A stretch of 64,000 bases of DNA. Source: an uncultured Gammaproteobacteria bacterium (GTDB lineage: Bacteria > Patescibacteriota > Microgenomatia > Levybacterales > GWA1-39-11). The stretch covers positions 47,241 through 111,240 of the forward strand of contig CAYMYC010000001.1 in assembly GCA_964394645.1 (NCBI GenBank). Reading direction: 5' to 3'. The translations under genes and the position numbers were made by a program. Shown here piece after piece: positions 21,271 through 29,320 of this stretch. How positions within the stretch are numbered: position 1 is the first letter of the stretch; every line of letters starts with the position of its first letter. The notes under the pieces were generated by a model. The model was not told the origin of the DNA, searched no databases, and saw only the letters and a list, made by a program, of their open reading frames with translations.

Positions 21271-22272
21271 GTGAAAATATCAATTTTTGAAGTTGAGAAA
21301 TGGGAAGAAGATTTTTTAAAAAAATCTTTGCGGACTTCTGATGAATTATTATTTTTTAATCATCCCCTAAATCTTGAAGATATAGACTCAATAAGAGATA
21401 CAGATGCGATAATCGTTTTTATTTATTCCTCTATAACAAAAGAAGTTCTTGATTCTTTGCCCAATCTCAAATTTATTGCGACTATGTCGACAGGGTTTGA
21501 CCATATTGATCTTTCAGTGTGTAAAGAAAAGAATATAATTGTAAGCAATGTTTCAGGATATGGTGAAATTACCGTTGCTGAGCACACTTTTAGTCTCCTT
21601 TTAGCTATCTCTCACAGACTTATTGAGTCTTACGATCGGGTAAAAGAGGGATATTTTTCGCCTGAAGGATTAACTGGATTTGATTTATCCGGGAAAACGC
21701 TCGGTGTCGTTGGGGTAGGAAGTATAGGAACTCATGTTATAGAAATAGCTCATGGATTTAATATGAATGTTTTAGGATATAAAAGAAGTCCTGATCCTGA
21801 GCTTGAAAAAAGGTTTAATTTTAAAATTGTTGATCTTCCAACGCTTTATGCAAAATCTGATATTATTTCACTTCATGTCCCATACACAAAAGAAACGCAC
21901 CACATGATAAACGAAGAAGCACTTTCTCAAATGAAAGATAAGGTTGTTTTAATAAACACAGCAAGGGGTCCCCTTATTGATACAAATGCAGTACTTAAAT
22001 ATTTAGATAACGGTAAGCTGAGAGGTTTAGGTTTGGATGTTTGTGAGAATGAGCCAATGTTGCGGGAGGAGAAGCAGATATTGTCTAAAGAATTTAATAA
22101 GGAGGATCTCCTATGCTTGCTTGAAGAAAAGATGCTTTTAAACTATAAGAATGTAATCATTACTCCACACAATGCATTTAATAGCAAAGAGGCATTAGAA
22201 CTAATATTGCAGACAACGGTTGATAATATATCTGGATTTATTAATAATGCTCCCCAGAACATTGTTTCCTAG
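21271..22272 (+). CDS. D-isomer-specific 2-hydroxyacid dehydrogenase (D-lactate dehydrogenase-like)
   Basis: STGFDHID, GVVGVGSIG, SLHVP, INTARG, TPHNAF. Confidence 0.92.
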   Translation: MKISIFEVEKWEEDFLKKSLRTSDELLFFNHPLNLEDIDSIRDTDAIIVFIYSSITKEVLDSLPNLKFIATMSTGFDHIDLSVCKEKNIIVSNVSGYGEITVAEHTFSLLLAISHRLIESYDRVKEGYFSPEGLTGFDLSGKTLGVVGVGSIGTHVIEIAHGFNMNVLGYKRSPDPELEKRFNFKIVDLPTLYAKSDIISLHVPYTKETHHMINEEALSQMKDKVVLINTARGPLIDTNAVLKYLDNGKLRGLGLDVCENEPMLREEKQILSKEFNKEDLLCLLEEKMLLNYKNVIITPHNAFNSKEALELILQTTVDNISGFINNAPQNIVS

Positions 22273-22275
22273 TTT

Positions 22276-24351
22276 CTATAGTAAGAAAGATTTTAATAAT
22301 TGTAGTCTGGTATAAAATGGTAGGGTTTTTATAAAAAGAGCTTTTATTAAGGCTTTTCGCTTAGTAGTTCTAATTCCAATAAAGACTGACAAGAAGATGA
22401 TTATAGCGTAATATATCCACATATCCCTTGCATAGTTATCTCCTTTATCTAAATATGCTCCTGCAATTTTTATTTCTTTCTTCCCCCTCGTTTTATCCCC
22501 GGTCTTTGTAGTTGCAGCAAGAACATTACCATTTTGTTTAGAGGATACTGTAAAATAACTTTCTGCGGATGTATCAACTGCCGTATCTATCCCTGTAGTG
22601 CCGGTTACGTAGGAAACAGCAGTATAATTCCCTGCAGGGGCATTTTTTGTAAGAACCAAACCCGTTGTTAACCGTTTAGTTTTCTGTGCTTCAATATCTT
22701 TGAGATCAAACGAAGGTCCTCCCATAAATTCTCCATCTTTGTAAAGTCCGATTAGTAATTTCGCCCCATAGACCGTTCCTGTTCCGGTATTTTTTGTATC
22801 AACAAAAAAAGTAACAGTGTCACCAGGATTTATAAATACACCTACATTATTTTTATTTGTAACCATAAGTTTTCCTCCGGATTCTGGATCATTTATTTTT
22901 TCTTGATTCTGATCGTTTGATTTCTTTTCCTGTGGATTTTCTTCTCGTGTTGTTTCAGCAATAAATTTACTTACGCCTCCAATATTCCCTGACCAGTTCC
23001 CAAAAACGTTAACGAAAGCAAAAAGCCCATTTGTTTTGAAAAAATTTGAATTGATAAAATTAATCAATGAAACAGCAGAATATGCATTTCCAGTATGGAT
23101 TTTTCCAGTCTCCCCATGAATAGTATTATTTCCGGTATCTGCCTCTGTTTGAATTGTATTCCGTATAATGGCGGTGTTATCCATTGTTAGAAAAGGATTA
23201 TCACAATCACAGTCACCGTTATTATTTGAGATGTTTAAATTATTTCCGCCGTTTTGTGGTTCTAAACTATCCCACCCCAAAAAACTACCCGTCCACTTTC
23301 CTAAAACATTTATGAACAATTTCTGAAATATTGCTCCTATTGCATTCGTATTTACCATATCTACAATGTTTATAATACTGTGTGATGTTCCTGTTGTGAT
23401 CGTTGAAGAAGAACTAGCGGTATCTATTGTGTTGTTTCCGGTGTTTGAACCAGTAATAACAGTATTTTCTATGACTGCTGCATTTTTCATGGTTGCAGAG
23501 GCACCACAAGACGTGCACACAGTTTCTTTACGAAAGTCAGGAAGGAATATATTGCCGGAGAAATTACCAAATATATTAATGGTGACTATATGGATAACAG
23601 AATCGATAACAGTGAAGTTTGCTTTATTCATGAGGGAGACAACAGAATACGCGTCTCCAGTTTTAATAGTTGCGTTTTCACCTTCAGCTATTTCATTGTT
23701 TCCAGTTGATGCTGTGGCTAGTACATCATTTGCAAGATATACATAATTTTTTGCATCGGTTAGGGAAACGTTAACTATTGGATTTATATTTTTATCCTGA
23801 GAGATAATCGTATATGCGAGAGTAAAGGGTGTAGATAAATCTATATCTTCCTCGTTATCTACAAAAATATTAATAGTTTGATTTATAACCTGTGAATTAA
23901 CTGAATTTGTATTTATTGTATTGTCTATTGCCACGAGAGTTGTTGAATTACTGGTCGTAACAGAAGAATTTAAGCCGTCTTGAGTAGTTATGACACTCGG
24001 AGATGTTTCTTGTGAGCCGGTTGTATTTGAAGTAGGTATTGCTTCTTCAATTCCCTCCGGATTTAATTCGGCAGAGGCGGTTGAAATATTTGTTCCTGTG
24101 TTAGAGTCTCCCGTAGTTGAGTCATGCGCTTCAATACTATTCGTTTGCGTTGTGTTATCTATAGTTTCAGTTGGGGGAGGTGTAGAGGTGATGGTTGGTG
24201 TAGGTGTTGGATCAGTTTGCTGTTCTATGATAGGAGTAGGAGTATCAGTTGGTATCTCATCAAGGGCGTAGACAGAGAACGGTGATAATGAATTGACTCC
24301 AATAACAAGAAATATAATAAAAAATGCGAAATATCTTTTCAATCCTGCCAT
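22276..24351 (-). CDS. Secreted, C-terminally anchored surface protein with three TGxN/TGxA repeats and a DUF11-like Ig domain
   Basis: Signal peptide (VYA), PT-rich linker, repeats ASTGNN..IKTGDA, SNTGNN..ITTGTS, ADTGNN..IHTGNA, then PGDTVTFFVDTKNTG, and a C-terminal TM with basic tail. Confidence 0.8.
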   Translation of the reverse strand: MAGLKRYFAFFIIFLVIGVNSLSPFSVYALDEIPTDTPTPIIEQQTDPTPTPTITSTPPPTETIDNTTQTNSIEAHDSTTGDSNTGTNISTASAELNPEGIEEAIPTSNTTGSQETSPSVITTQDGLNSSVTTSNSTTLVAIDNTINTNSVNSQVINQTINIFVDNEEDIDLSTPFTLAYTIISQDKNINPIVNVSLTDAKNYVYLANDVLATASTGNNEIAEGENATIKTGDAYSVVSLMNKANFTVIDSVIHIVTINIFGNFSGNIFLPDFRKETVCTSCGASATMKNAAVIENTVITGSNTGNNTIDTASSSSTITTGTSHSIINIVDMVNTNAIGAIFQKLFINVLGKWTGSFLGWDSLEPQNGGNNLNISNNNGDCDCDNPFLTMDNTAIIRNTIQTEADTGNNTIHGETGKIHTGNAYSAVSLINFINSNFFKTNGLFAFVNVFGNWSGNIGGVSKFIAETTREENPQEKKSNDQNQEKINDPESGGKLMVTNKNNVGVFINPGDTVTFFVDTKNTGTGTVYGAKLLIGLYKDGEFMGGPSFDLKDIEAQKTKRLTTGLVLTKNAPAGNYTAVSYVTGTTGIDTAVDTSAESYFTVSSKQNGNVLAATTKTGDKTRGKKEIKIAGAYLDKGDNYARDMWIYYAIIIFLSVFIGIRTTKRKALIKALFIKTLPFYTRLQLLKSFLL

Positions 24352-24394
24352 ATAATTAATTTTATGTATAAAGCTAACTCGCGTGTAAATCAGA

Positions 24395-24426
24395 CTTGAG
24401 GAGGAGAGTTTCCTCCCCTCCTCAAG
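24395..24426 (-). terminator. 14-bp GAAA-tetraloop hairpin between the small and large repeat genes (stabiliser or partial terminator)
   Basis: Minus strand CUUGAGGAGGGGAG-GAAA-CUCUCCUCCUCAAG with one G-U pair; no U-tract follows. Confidence 0.8.
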
Positions 24427-24441
24427 AAACTTACAAAAAAA

Positions 24442-24921
24442 CTATTCAACAACGTTTGTGTTGACAACGTTATTTACTGCTACTCCTGTTGAAGCAGCTC
24501 CTGTCATTGAAAGTTGTGCACCAAGAAGCGCAAAGTTTGCGTTCTTTCCTGAGTTAGATGTGCCTTTAACGTTTGTTGCAACAAAAGCAGAATTTGCTTG
24601 TGTTGTATTTCCGTTTGCGACTCCAACGTTCAATTTAGGGTTAACACATCCACAACTTGTGCCATTGTAGTTTACGTGTTGAGTAACACCTACACTGGTA
24701 GTGGCTGCTCCGGTTGTTGACCCTTGGATTCCCACTGCTGCTGCGTTAAGATTTTTCCCAGTGTTTGAGGCTCCCTTAACGTTTGTTACAACAACTGCGT
24801 TATTTGTTTGTGTTGTGTTTCCGTTTAACGCACCAATATTTACTGCAGCAAATGTTGGGGTTGCAGCGCCAAGCATTACTGCTCCCGCTGCTGCTGATAC
24901 GACCAATTTTTTAAAATTCAT
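24442..24921 (-). CDS. Small secreted N/T/G/A/V-rich two-repeat protein, candidate fibre major subunit
   Basis: Strong SD AAGGAGGTGA before the ATG at 24921; signal peptide ending TFA; two ~65 aa repeats linked by SCGC; almost no charged residues. Confidence 0.85.
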   Translation of the reverse strand: MNFKKLVVSAAAGAVMLGAATPTFAAVNIGALNGNTTQTNNAVVVTNVKGASNTGKNLNAAAVGIQGSTTGAATTSVGVTQHVNYNGTSCGCVNPKLNVGVANGNTTQANSAFVATNVKGTSNSGKNANFALLGAQLSMTGAASTGVAVNNVVNTNVVE

Positions 24922-24957
24922 ATAAATATTCACCTCCTTTTTTTAATATAACGAATG

Positions 24958-24996
24958 AAAATCGGCTATGTTCCCATGGGAAGTAAAACCGATTTT
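24958..24996 (-). promoter_or_regulatory. 5' UTR stem-loop upstream of the SD
   Basis: AAAAUCGGUU..UUCCC-AU-GGGAA..AGCCGAUUUU. Confidence 0.55.
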
Positions 24997-25048
24997 AAAT
25001 AAATATGGAAGAATAGTATTCATGTTTTAAAAAAATATAAAAACCTAC

Positions 25049-25105
25049 AAAAAAAAGACACATCACCCGACATAATCGGGATCAGTGCCTCCGTTAACGG
25101 CCAGC
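25049..25105 (-). ncRNA. Putative attenuator leader: small hairpin overlapping an intrinsic terminator
   Basis: GCUGGCCG-UUAA-CGGAGGC shares AGGC with the terminator AGGCAC-UGAU-CCCGA-UUAUG-UCGGG-UGAU-GUGUCU, which is followed by a U-tract. Confidence 0.7.
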
Positions 25106-25123
25106 ATTTCCTTGTTAAGGTAA

Positions 25124-25153
25124 GTTATAAACTAATACTAAGTTAATTGTCAA
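25124..25153 (-). promoter_or_regulatory. Sigma70-type promoter reading into the leader RNA
   Basis: TTGACA (25153-25148), 18 nt spacer, TATAAC (25129-25124); overlaps the end of the DUF2292-like gene. Confidence 0.55.
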
Positions 25154-25370
25154 TGCTTTGTTTATATACATCTTTTCTTGAGGTAATTAAGGGTTTCTTA
25201 ATATTTTTTTCCGTAATTTGTGTAACTAAAAAATCTTGTACGCAAATTTCAACAGTGCCCCATCCACGAATATTTTGTAAAGAAGAAACTAGTTCATTAA
25301 CAAGATCAGGAGTAATTTTTTTCGTAGAATATTTGTCTGCCATACTGATATTAAAGGGCAGACATATCAT
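25143..25370 (-). CDS. DUF2292/YezD-like small protein (alternative start ATG 25343)
   Basis: LQNIRGWGTVEICVQDFLVTQITEK matches the (F/Y/W)G-x-V-x-I-x-V-x-D-x2-V-x-QI pattern of DUF2292 proteins. Confidence 0.75.
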   Translation of the reverse strand: MICLPFNISMADKYSTKKITPDLVNELVSSLQNIRGWGTVEICVQDFLVTQITEKNIKKPLITSRKDVYKQSIDN

Positions 25371-25375
25371 TTAAA

Positions 25376-25404
25376 AATATAGCTTTTCGGCAAAGAGTTG
25401 TCAA
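25376..25404 (-). promoter_or_regulatory. Sigma70-type promoter of the DUF2292-like gene
   Basis: TTGACA (25404-25399), 17 nt spacer, TATATT (25381-25376). Confidence 0.7.
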
Positions 25405-25414
25405 CAGGTAAAAC

Positions 25415-25825
25415 TTATTTAAAAAAGGATTTGAGCATGTGTTCAATCCTTAATAGGAGGTGTTCTATGTCATTCTTTTTCTCCTTTTTAAGTTTTTTTG
25501 TGCTGTGAGCTGCCGTAGTTCTTTTTTGAATACCAGTAATGCCTGGAGTTGTAATAGTATTTTTAGCTTGAGAAGATGAGCTTGATGAGTTTATCTTAAT
25601 TTCTATTTTGCCATTTTTATTGCTATCTATGACATTTTTCTTACCGTTTGCCTCAATGGATATATGTGTTTCAGCGGTCCCTCCCGAAGTATTAGTTTCA
25701 ACAGATATAGATGTATTTGAGTCGCCTGTTGTATAAGATTCAGCATAGACGTTTGAGAAAGAAAGATAAAGGCTAATTAGCGGAAGAAAAAATAATAATT
25801 GTTTTATATTTACTTTTTTAAACAT
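25415..25825 (-). CDS. Secreted S/T-rich hypothetical protein
   Basis: Signal peptide ending VYA; TTGDSNTSISVETN resembles half of the downstream repeat; basic amphipathic C-terminus. Confidence 0.7.
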   Translation of the reverse strand: MFKKVNIKQLLFFLPLISLYLSFSNVYAESYTTGDSNTSISVETNTSGGTAETHISIEANGKKNVIDSNKNGKIEIKINSSSSSSQAKNTITTPGITGIQKRTTAAHSTKKLKKEKKNDIEHLLLRIEHMLKSFFK

Positions 25826-25887
25826 TGTGAGATATTTTATACTTCTTTCTTTTATATTTTGTCAAGAAAATTAGGTTTTTCACACTA

Positions 25888-26928
25888 TTATCGAATAAAC
25901 ATACCATCCCCAAATGAGAAAAATCTAAAATGTTTTTTTCGTGCAACCATATATAATTTAAATAGTTGCCTTCTTCCAATAAATGCTGCAACAAGCATAA
26001 GAAGGCTCGATTTTGGTACATGAAAATTTGTGATAATCTGATCTGTGAATTTTAATTTTGACTTTTCTGTTATAAATATATTCGTTTTTCCATGTAGTTT
26101 TTGAATAGTCTTGTGGGAATCTACGGAAGACTCCAGTGCTCTAACCACTGTTGTACCGATTGCGACTATGCTCTTTCCTTCCATTTTAGCAGTGTTTAGT
26201 AGTTGTGCTGTTGCAGTATCAATTTCATAGAATTCCTCATGTAATTTTTGTTGTTTATAGTGCACTTCATTTAGTGGTGCAAAAGTTCCTATATTTACGT
26301 GTAATGTTATAAAGCATACAATATGTCCCTTTTTTTGTAATTTTTTCATCAGGTTTTTTGTAAAGTGTAGTGACGCGGTTGGTGCTGCGACAGAGCCCTC
26401 ATTTTTTGCAAAGACAGTTTGGTATTCGTCTCTTAGTTTTTTTTCCTTTGTGGTTGTACGTTTTATATATGGGGGTAGAGGCGTTATTCCAATCTTTTGA
26501 AATACTCGCAAGTAACTATTAACAGGAAAGGAAGGTTTTAGAAAATATTCTTTATCTTTTTTTAATTTGACTGTGAAATGATATTCCCCTACTGTTATTA
26601 TTAATCCTTCTTCAAGTTTTTTGTTTGCCCAAAACACTAATTCCTGGTTATCTTTCCGTATGAATAGAAGATCTACCTTCCCTCCTGTTGGTTTTTGTCC
26701 GATTATGCGAGCAGGTATTACTTTTGTGTTATTAAAAACTAAAACTGAATGTGGCAACAAATAGTTATCTAAATTTTTAAAAATATCAATTGAAATGTCC
26801 TTTGATTTTCTATTATAGACTAATAATTTAGCGCTGTCTCGTGGATGTATTGGATTTTGGGCGATATAAGATTCAGGTAATTCGTAGTCATATCTTGATA
26901 GAAGTTTTTCAAAATCAGATTTTGCCAT
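25888..26928 (-). CDS. queA: S-adenosylmethionine:tRNA ribosyltransferase-isomerase
   Basis: YDYELPESYIAQ, VFNNTKVIPAR, PLPPYI, GSVAAPTASLHF, TNFHVPKS, FFSFGDGM. Confidence 0.97.
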   Translation of the reverse strand: MAKSDFEKLLSRYDYELPESYIAQNPIHPRDSAKLLVYNRKSKDISIDIFKNLDNYLLPHSVLVFNNTKVIPARIIGQKPTGGKVDLLFIRKDNQELVFWANKKLEEGLIITVGEYHFTVKLKKDKEYFLKPSFPVNSYLRVFQKIGITPLPPYIKRTTTKEKKLRDEYQTVFAKNEGSVAAPTASLHFTKNLMKKLQKKGHIVCFITLHVNIGTFAPLNEVHYKQQKLHEEFYEIDTATAQLLNTAKMEGKSIVAIGTTVVRALESSVDSHKTIQKLHGKTNIFITEKSKLKFTDQIITNFHVPKSSLLMLVAAFIGRRQLFKLYMVARKKHFRFFSFGDGMFIR

Positions 26929-28051
26929 TTTTTATTCCCTCTCTAATTTTTATTATTTGGGATTGAAAAAAGTATAAATTGTGATATGAGAATAAGGTGA
27001 GAGGTGTTATTTCATGCGCCTTTAGAAGATGAGCTAAGTATGATCGTTTATATTGCTGACAGACGAAGCAGGGGCAGTTTTTATCAAGCGGTTCATTATC
27101 TTTTAGCATTTCACTTTTCCTCATATTAATTCTTTCAGTTGAAGTAAATATTATTCCTCGTCTTGCGTAGTGAGTTGGTGCTATGCAGTCAAATGTATCT
27201 ATTCCGGCTTTTACAATTGGGATAAAATCATCAGGATGCCCTATTCCCAGTAAATGCCTAGGTTTCTCATCTGGAATGTTTGGAATCACCCATGATAACA
27301 TTTCTGAGAGAGTATTTTTGTTATCTCCAAACTCTCCTCCTATTGCTATCCCGTTAAAGTCCATATTCCCTATCGTAATGGCACTACCTATTCGTAGGTC
27401 CTTAAATTTTCCGCCCTGAATAATTCCATACATTGCCTGATTTGATTTTTTAATGTCCAGGCAAATCTTTGCCCATCTGTGAGTTTTTTCCATAGATTTT
27501 TTCGTATACTCATAATTTGCGACGGGACTCGTGCACTCATCAAATGCGTTTATTATGTCAGCTCCTAAATCCTCTTGAATTTTAACGGACTCATAAGGTC
27601 CTATGAATATTTTTTTTCCGTCAATAGGCGAGCGGAATTCAACTCCGTCTTCCGTAATTTTTACTTTTTGCGGTTGTTGACCTTCAGATATTGAGATTGA
27701 AGACTTTTCTTTTAAGATTTTACCTACTCCATGGTCCATGCCGAATCCGAGCGAAAATACTTGAAAACCACCTGAATCAGTCATGATAGGACGATCCCAG
27801 TTGGAAAATTTGTGTAATCCTCCTGCCTCTTTGATTATCTTTTCTCCTGGTTTAAGGTGTAGATGAAATGTATTTTCTATTAATACTTGTGTTTTTGTTT
27901 CCTTCACCTGATCCCATGTTAAGGCTTTCATAGTTGCCTGAGTTGCAACGCCAACAAGCGTGGGTGTTTCAATTTCGCCGTGAGGAGTTTTGAGTATTCC
28001 TGCTCGAGCACAGGAATTGCTTGATTTTTTAACAATATCAAAAGAAATCAT
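26915..28051 (-). CDS. tgt: tRNA-guanine transglycosylase
   Basis: MTDSGGFQVFSL, AFDEC, GIIQGG, PRHLLG, DTFDC, zinc motif CPCFVC..H. Start placed at the ATG at 28051. Confidence 0.97.
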   Translation of the reverse strand: MISFDIVKKSSNSCARAGILKTPHGEIETPTLVGVATQATMKALTWDQVKETKTQVLIENTFHLHLKPGEKIIKEAGGLHKFSNWDRPIMTDSGGFQVFSLGFGMDHGVGKILKEKSSISISEGQQPQKVKITEDGVEFRSPIDGKKIFIGPYESVKIQEDLGADIINAFDECTSPVANYEYTKKSMEKTHRWAKICLDIKKSNQAMYGIIQGGKFKDLRIGSAITIGNMDFNGIAIGGEFGDNKNTLSEMLSWVIPNIPDEKPRHLLGIGHPDDFIPIVKAGIDTFDCIAPTHYARRGIIFTSTERINMRKSEMLKDNEPLDKNCPCFVCQQYKRSYLAHLLKAHEITPLTLFSYHNLYFFQSQIIKIREGIKNGKI

Positions 28052-28058
28052 GAAGCAA

Positions 28059-28129
28059 TTATACTCGAGCAAAGCAGAGAGTACAAACTTGTTTATACTC
28101 GAGCAAAGCAGAGAGTACAAACTTGTTTA
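28059..28129. repeat. Perfect 34-bp tandem duplication upstream of tgt
   Basis: TTATACTCGAGCAAAGCAGAGAGTACAAACTTGT at 28059-28092 and 28093-28126, plus 3 nt of a third copy. Confidence 0.95.
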
Positions 28130-28209
28130 CATATATTTATATTAAACTTACTATTTACTTTTTTCCACAATCATGCATAGAAGAAATAATAAAGTACTTC
28201 AATAAATAT

Positions 28210-29007
28210 TTATAATTCAAGTGTATTTTGCGCAGCAATGGATGCTTCTTTTTGTGTTTTCGTTTTTTGATTACGAACAAAGTCACAATAATTACATCCG
28301 AACGTAAAATCTGGAACAGTATCCGAGGCGAGTAATACTCGAATCTTTTGAAGAGTTGAAAATATCCATGAAGTATCGCCTGCGTATGAGATAATAGACA
28401 GCTCAAATTCTAATTTTCCGTCAAATTTTGCCCGATTCTTTCCGGCATTTGCAAACACAAAATATCCCGTATGTGATACTTTATATCCCGAGTTTCTAAA
28501 TATCCACTGATAGATTTCCATTTGTCGTTTGTATGTGTCTTTGTATTCGTCATTTAGATTGATGGTTCGATCTGTGCTTGTTGCCTTGTAGTCAACTATG
28601 AGTAACTCTTCTTTTTTGTTTTGCCATATGTCATCAACTGCTCCAACCACTATGAAATTCGTTTCGCGCTCATGATAACTTTTCCCTTTGAAATTTTCCC
28701 TCCATCTATCTATTTCGGGGTGCCTAAGCGGAACTGCGTCTATTTTATATTTTCTCATGAGCTCATGTGTTTCACTATTTTCTCGAAGAAGGTCAAACTC
28801 TTTTTTTAAAAGCGTATCAACAGTATTATTTAGACTAAAAGTGGGCATACTAGGTCTGGCTACCCCCAATCTTCTATCCAGGTAAAAACATCGGGGACAT
28901 TGCATGAATAAGTCAATTTTAGATCTTGAAATTTTGTATGGTTCGGTGGACTTTGGATCAAAAAGAGGACTAAACCTATACTTATAAGAGGAGAGGGTTT
29001 TATACAT
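28210..29007 (-). CDS. PD-(D/E)XK nuclease family protein (RecB/Cas4-like)
   Basis: ISRSKIDLFMQCPRCF, GAVDD, IVDYK, QMEIY, C-terminal CNYC. Confidence 0.88.
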   Translation of the reverse strand: MYKTLSSYKYRFSPLFDPKSTEPYKISRSKIDLFMQCPRCFYLDRRLGVARPSMPTFSLNNTVDTLLKKEFDLLRENSETHELMRKYKIDAVPLRHPEIDRWRENFKGKSYHERETNFIVVGAVDDIWQNKKEELLIVDYKATSTDRTINLNDEYKDTYKRQMEIYQWIFRNSGYKVSHTGYFVFANAGKNRAKFDGKLEFELSIISYAGDTSWIFSTLQKIRVLLASDTVPDFTFGCNYCDFVRNQKTKTQKEASIAAQNTLEL

Positions 29008-29060
29008 AAGAAACTATTATAAAGTTATCTGTTTAGAACATTCAAGCATATCAGAGTGGT

Positions 29061-29297
29061 TCAGATTTTTGGTTTTTCCCCGGTGAAGTAGCAGATAAAT
29101 GACAAAATTACAGTAGTAATTAAAAGCTCAGGAAGAAATGCAATAAGTGTGCCCAAAATTGAATGGGATGAGGCATCGATTCTTAGGAATTCCCAGATTA
29201 AAAAGACTGCATAAAGTGTAACTATTCCCCACCCTTGCCATGTTGCAGGCCTCCATCCTACTCCATGATGTAAGGAGGCAAACCACCGTTTTTTCAT
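29061..29297 (-). CDS. Small two-TM membrane protein
   Basis: WF..GVGWRPATWQGW followed by two hydrophobic helices. Confidence 0.75.
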   Translation of the reverse strand: MKKRWFASLHHGVGWRPATWQGWGIVTLYAVFLIWEFLRIDASSHSILGTLIAFLPELLITTVILSFICYFTGEKPKI

Positions 29298-29320
29298 ATC
29301 TGTTAAAATAGTACCAGTAT

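Noticed and set aside
25049-25105. Known riboswitch (c-di-GMP, SAM) or canonical kink-turn
   Set aside because: Consensus aptamer nucleotides were not recognised; the UGAU/UGAU loop is symmetric and lacks the 3 nt bulge of a K-turn. Kept only as a putative attenuator.
28059-28129. Possible CRISPR array next to a Cas4-like nuclease
   Set aside because: The two 34-bp units are directly adjacent with no spacer, and no cas1, cas2 or effector genes are present
28052-28209. preQ1 riboswitch upstream of tgt-queA
   Set aside because: No preQ1-I stem-loop with A-rich tail was recognised, and the -10 box lies 6 nt from the ATG, leaving no leader
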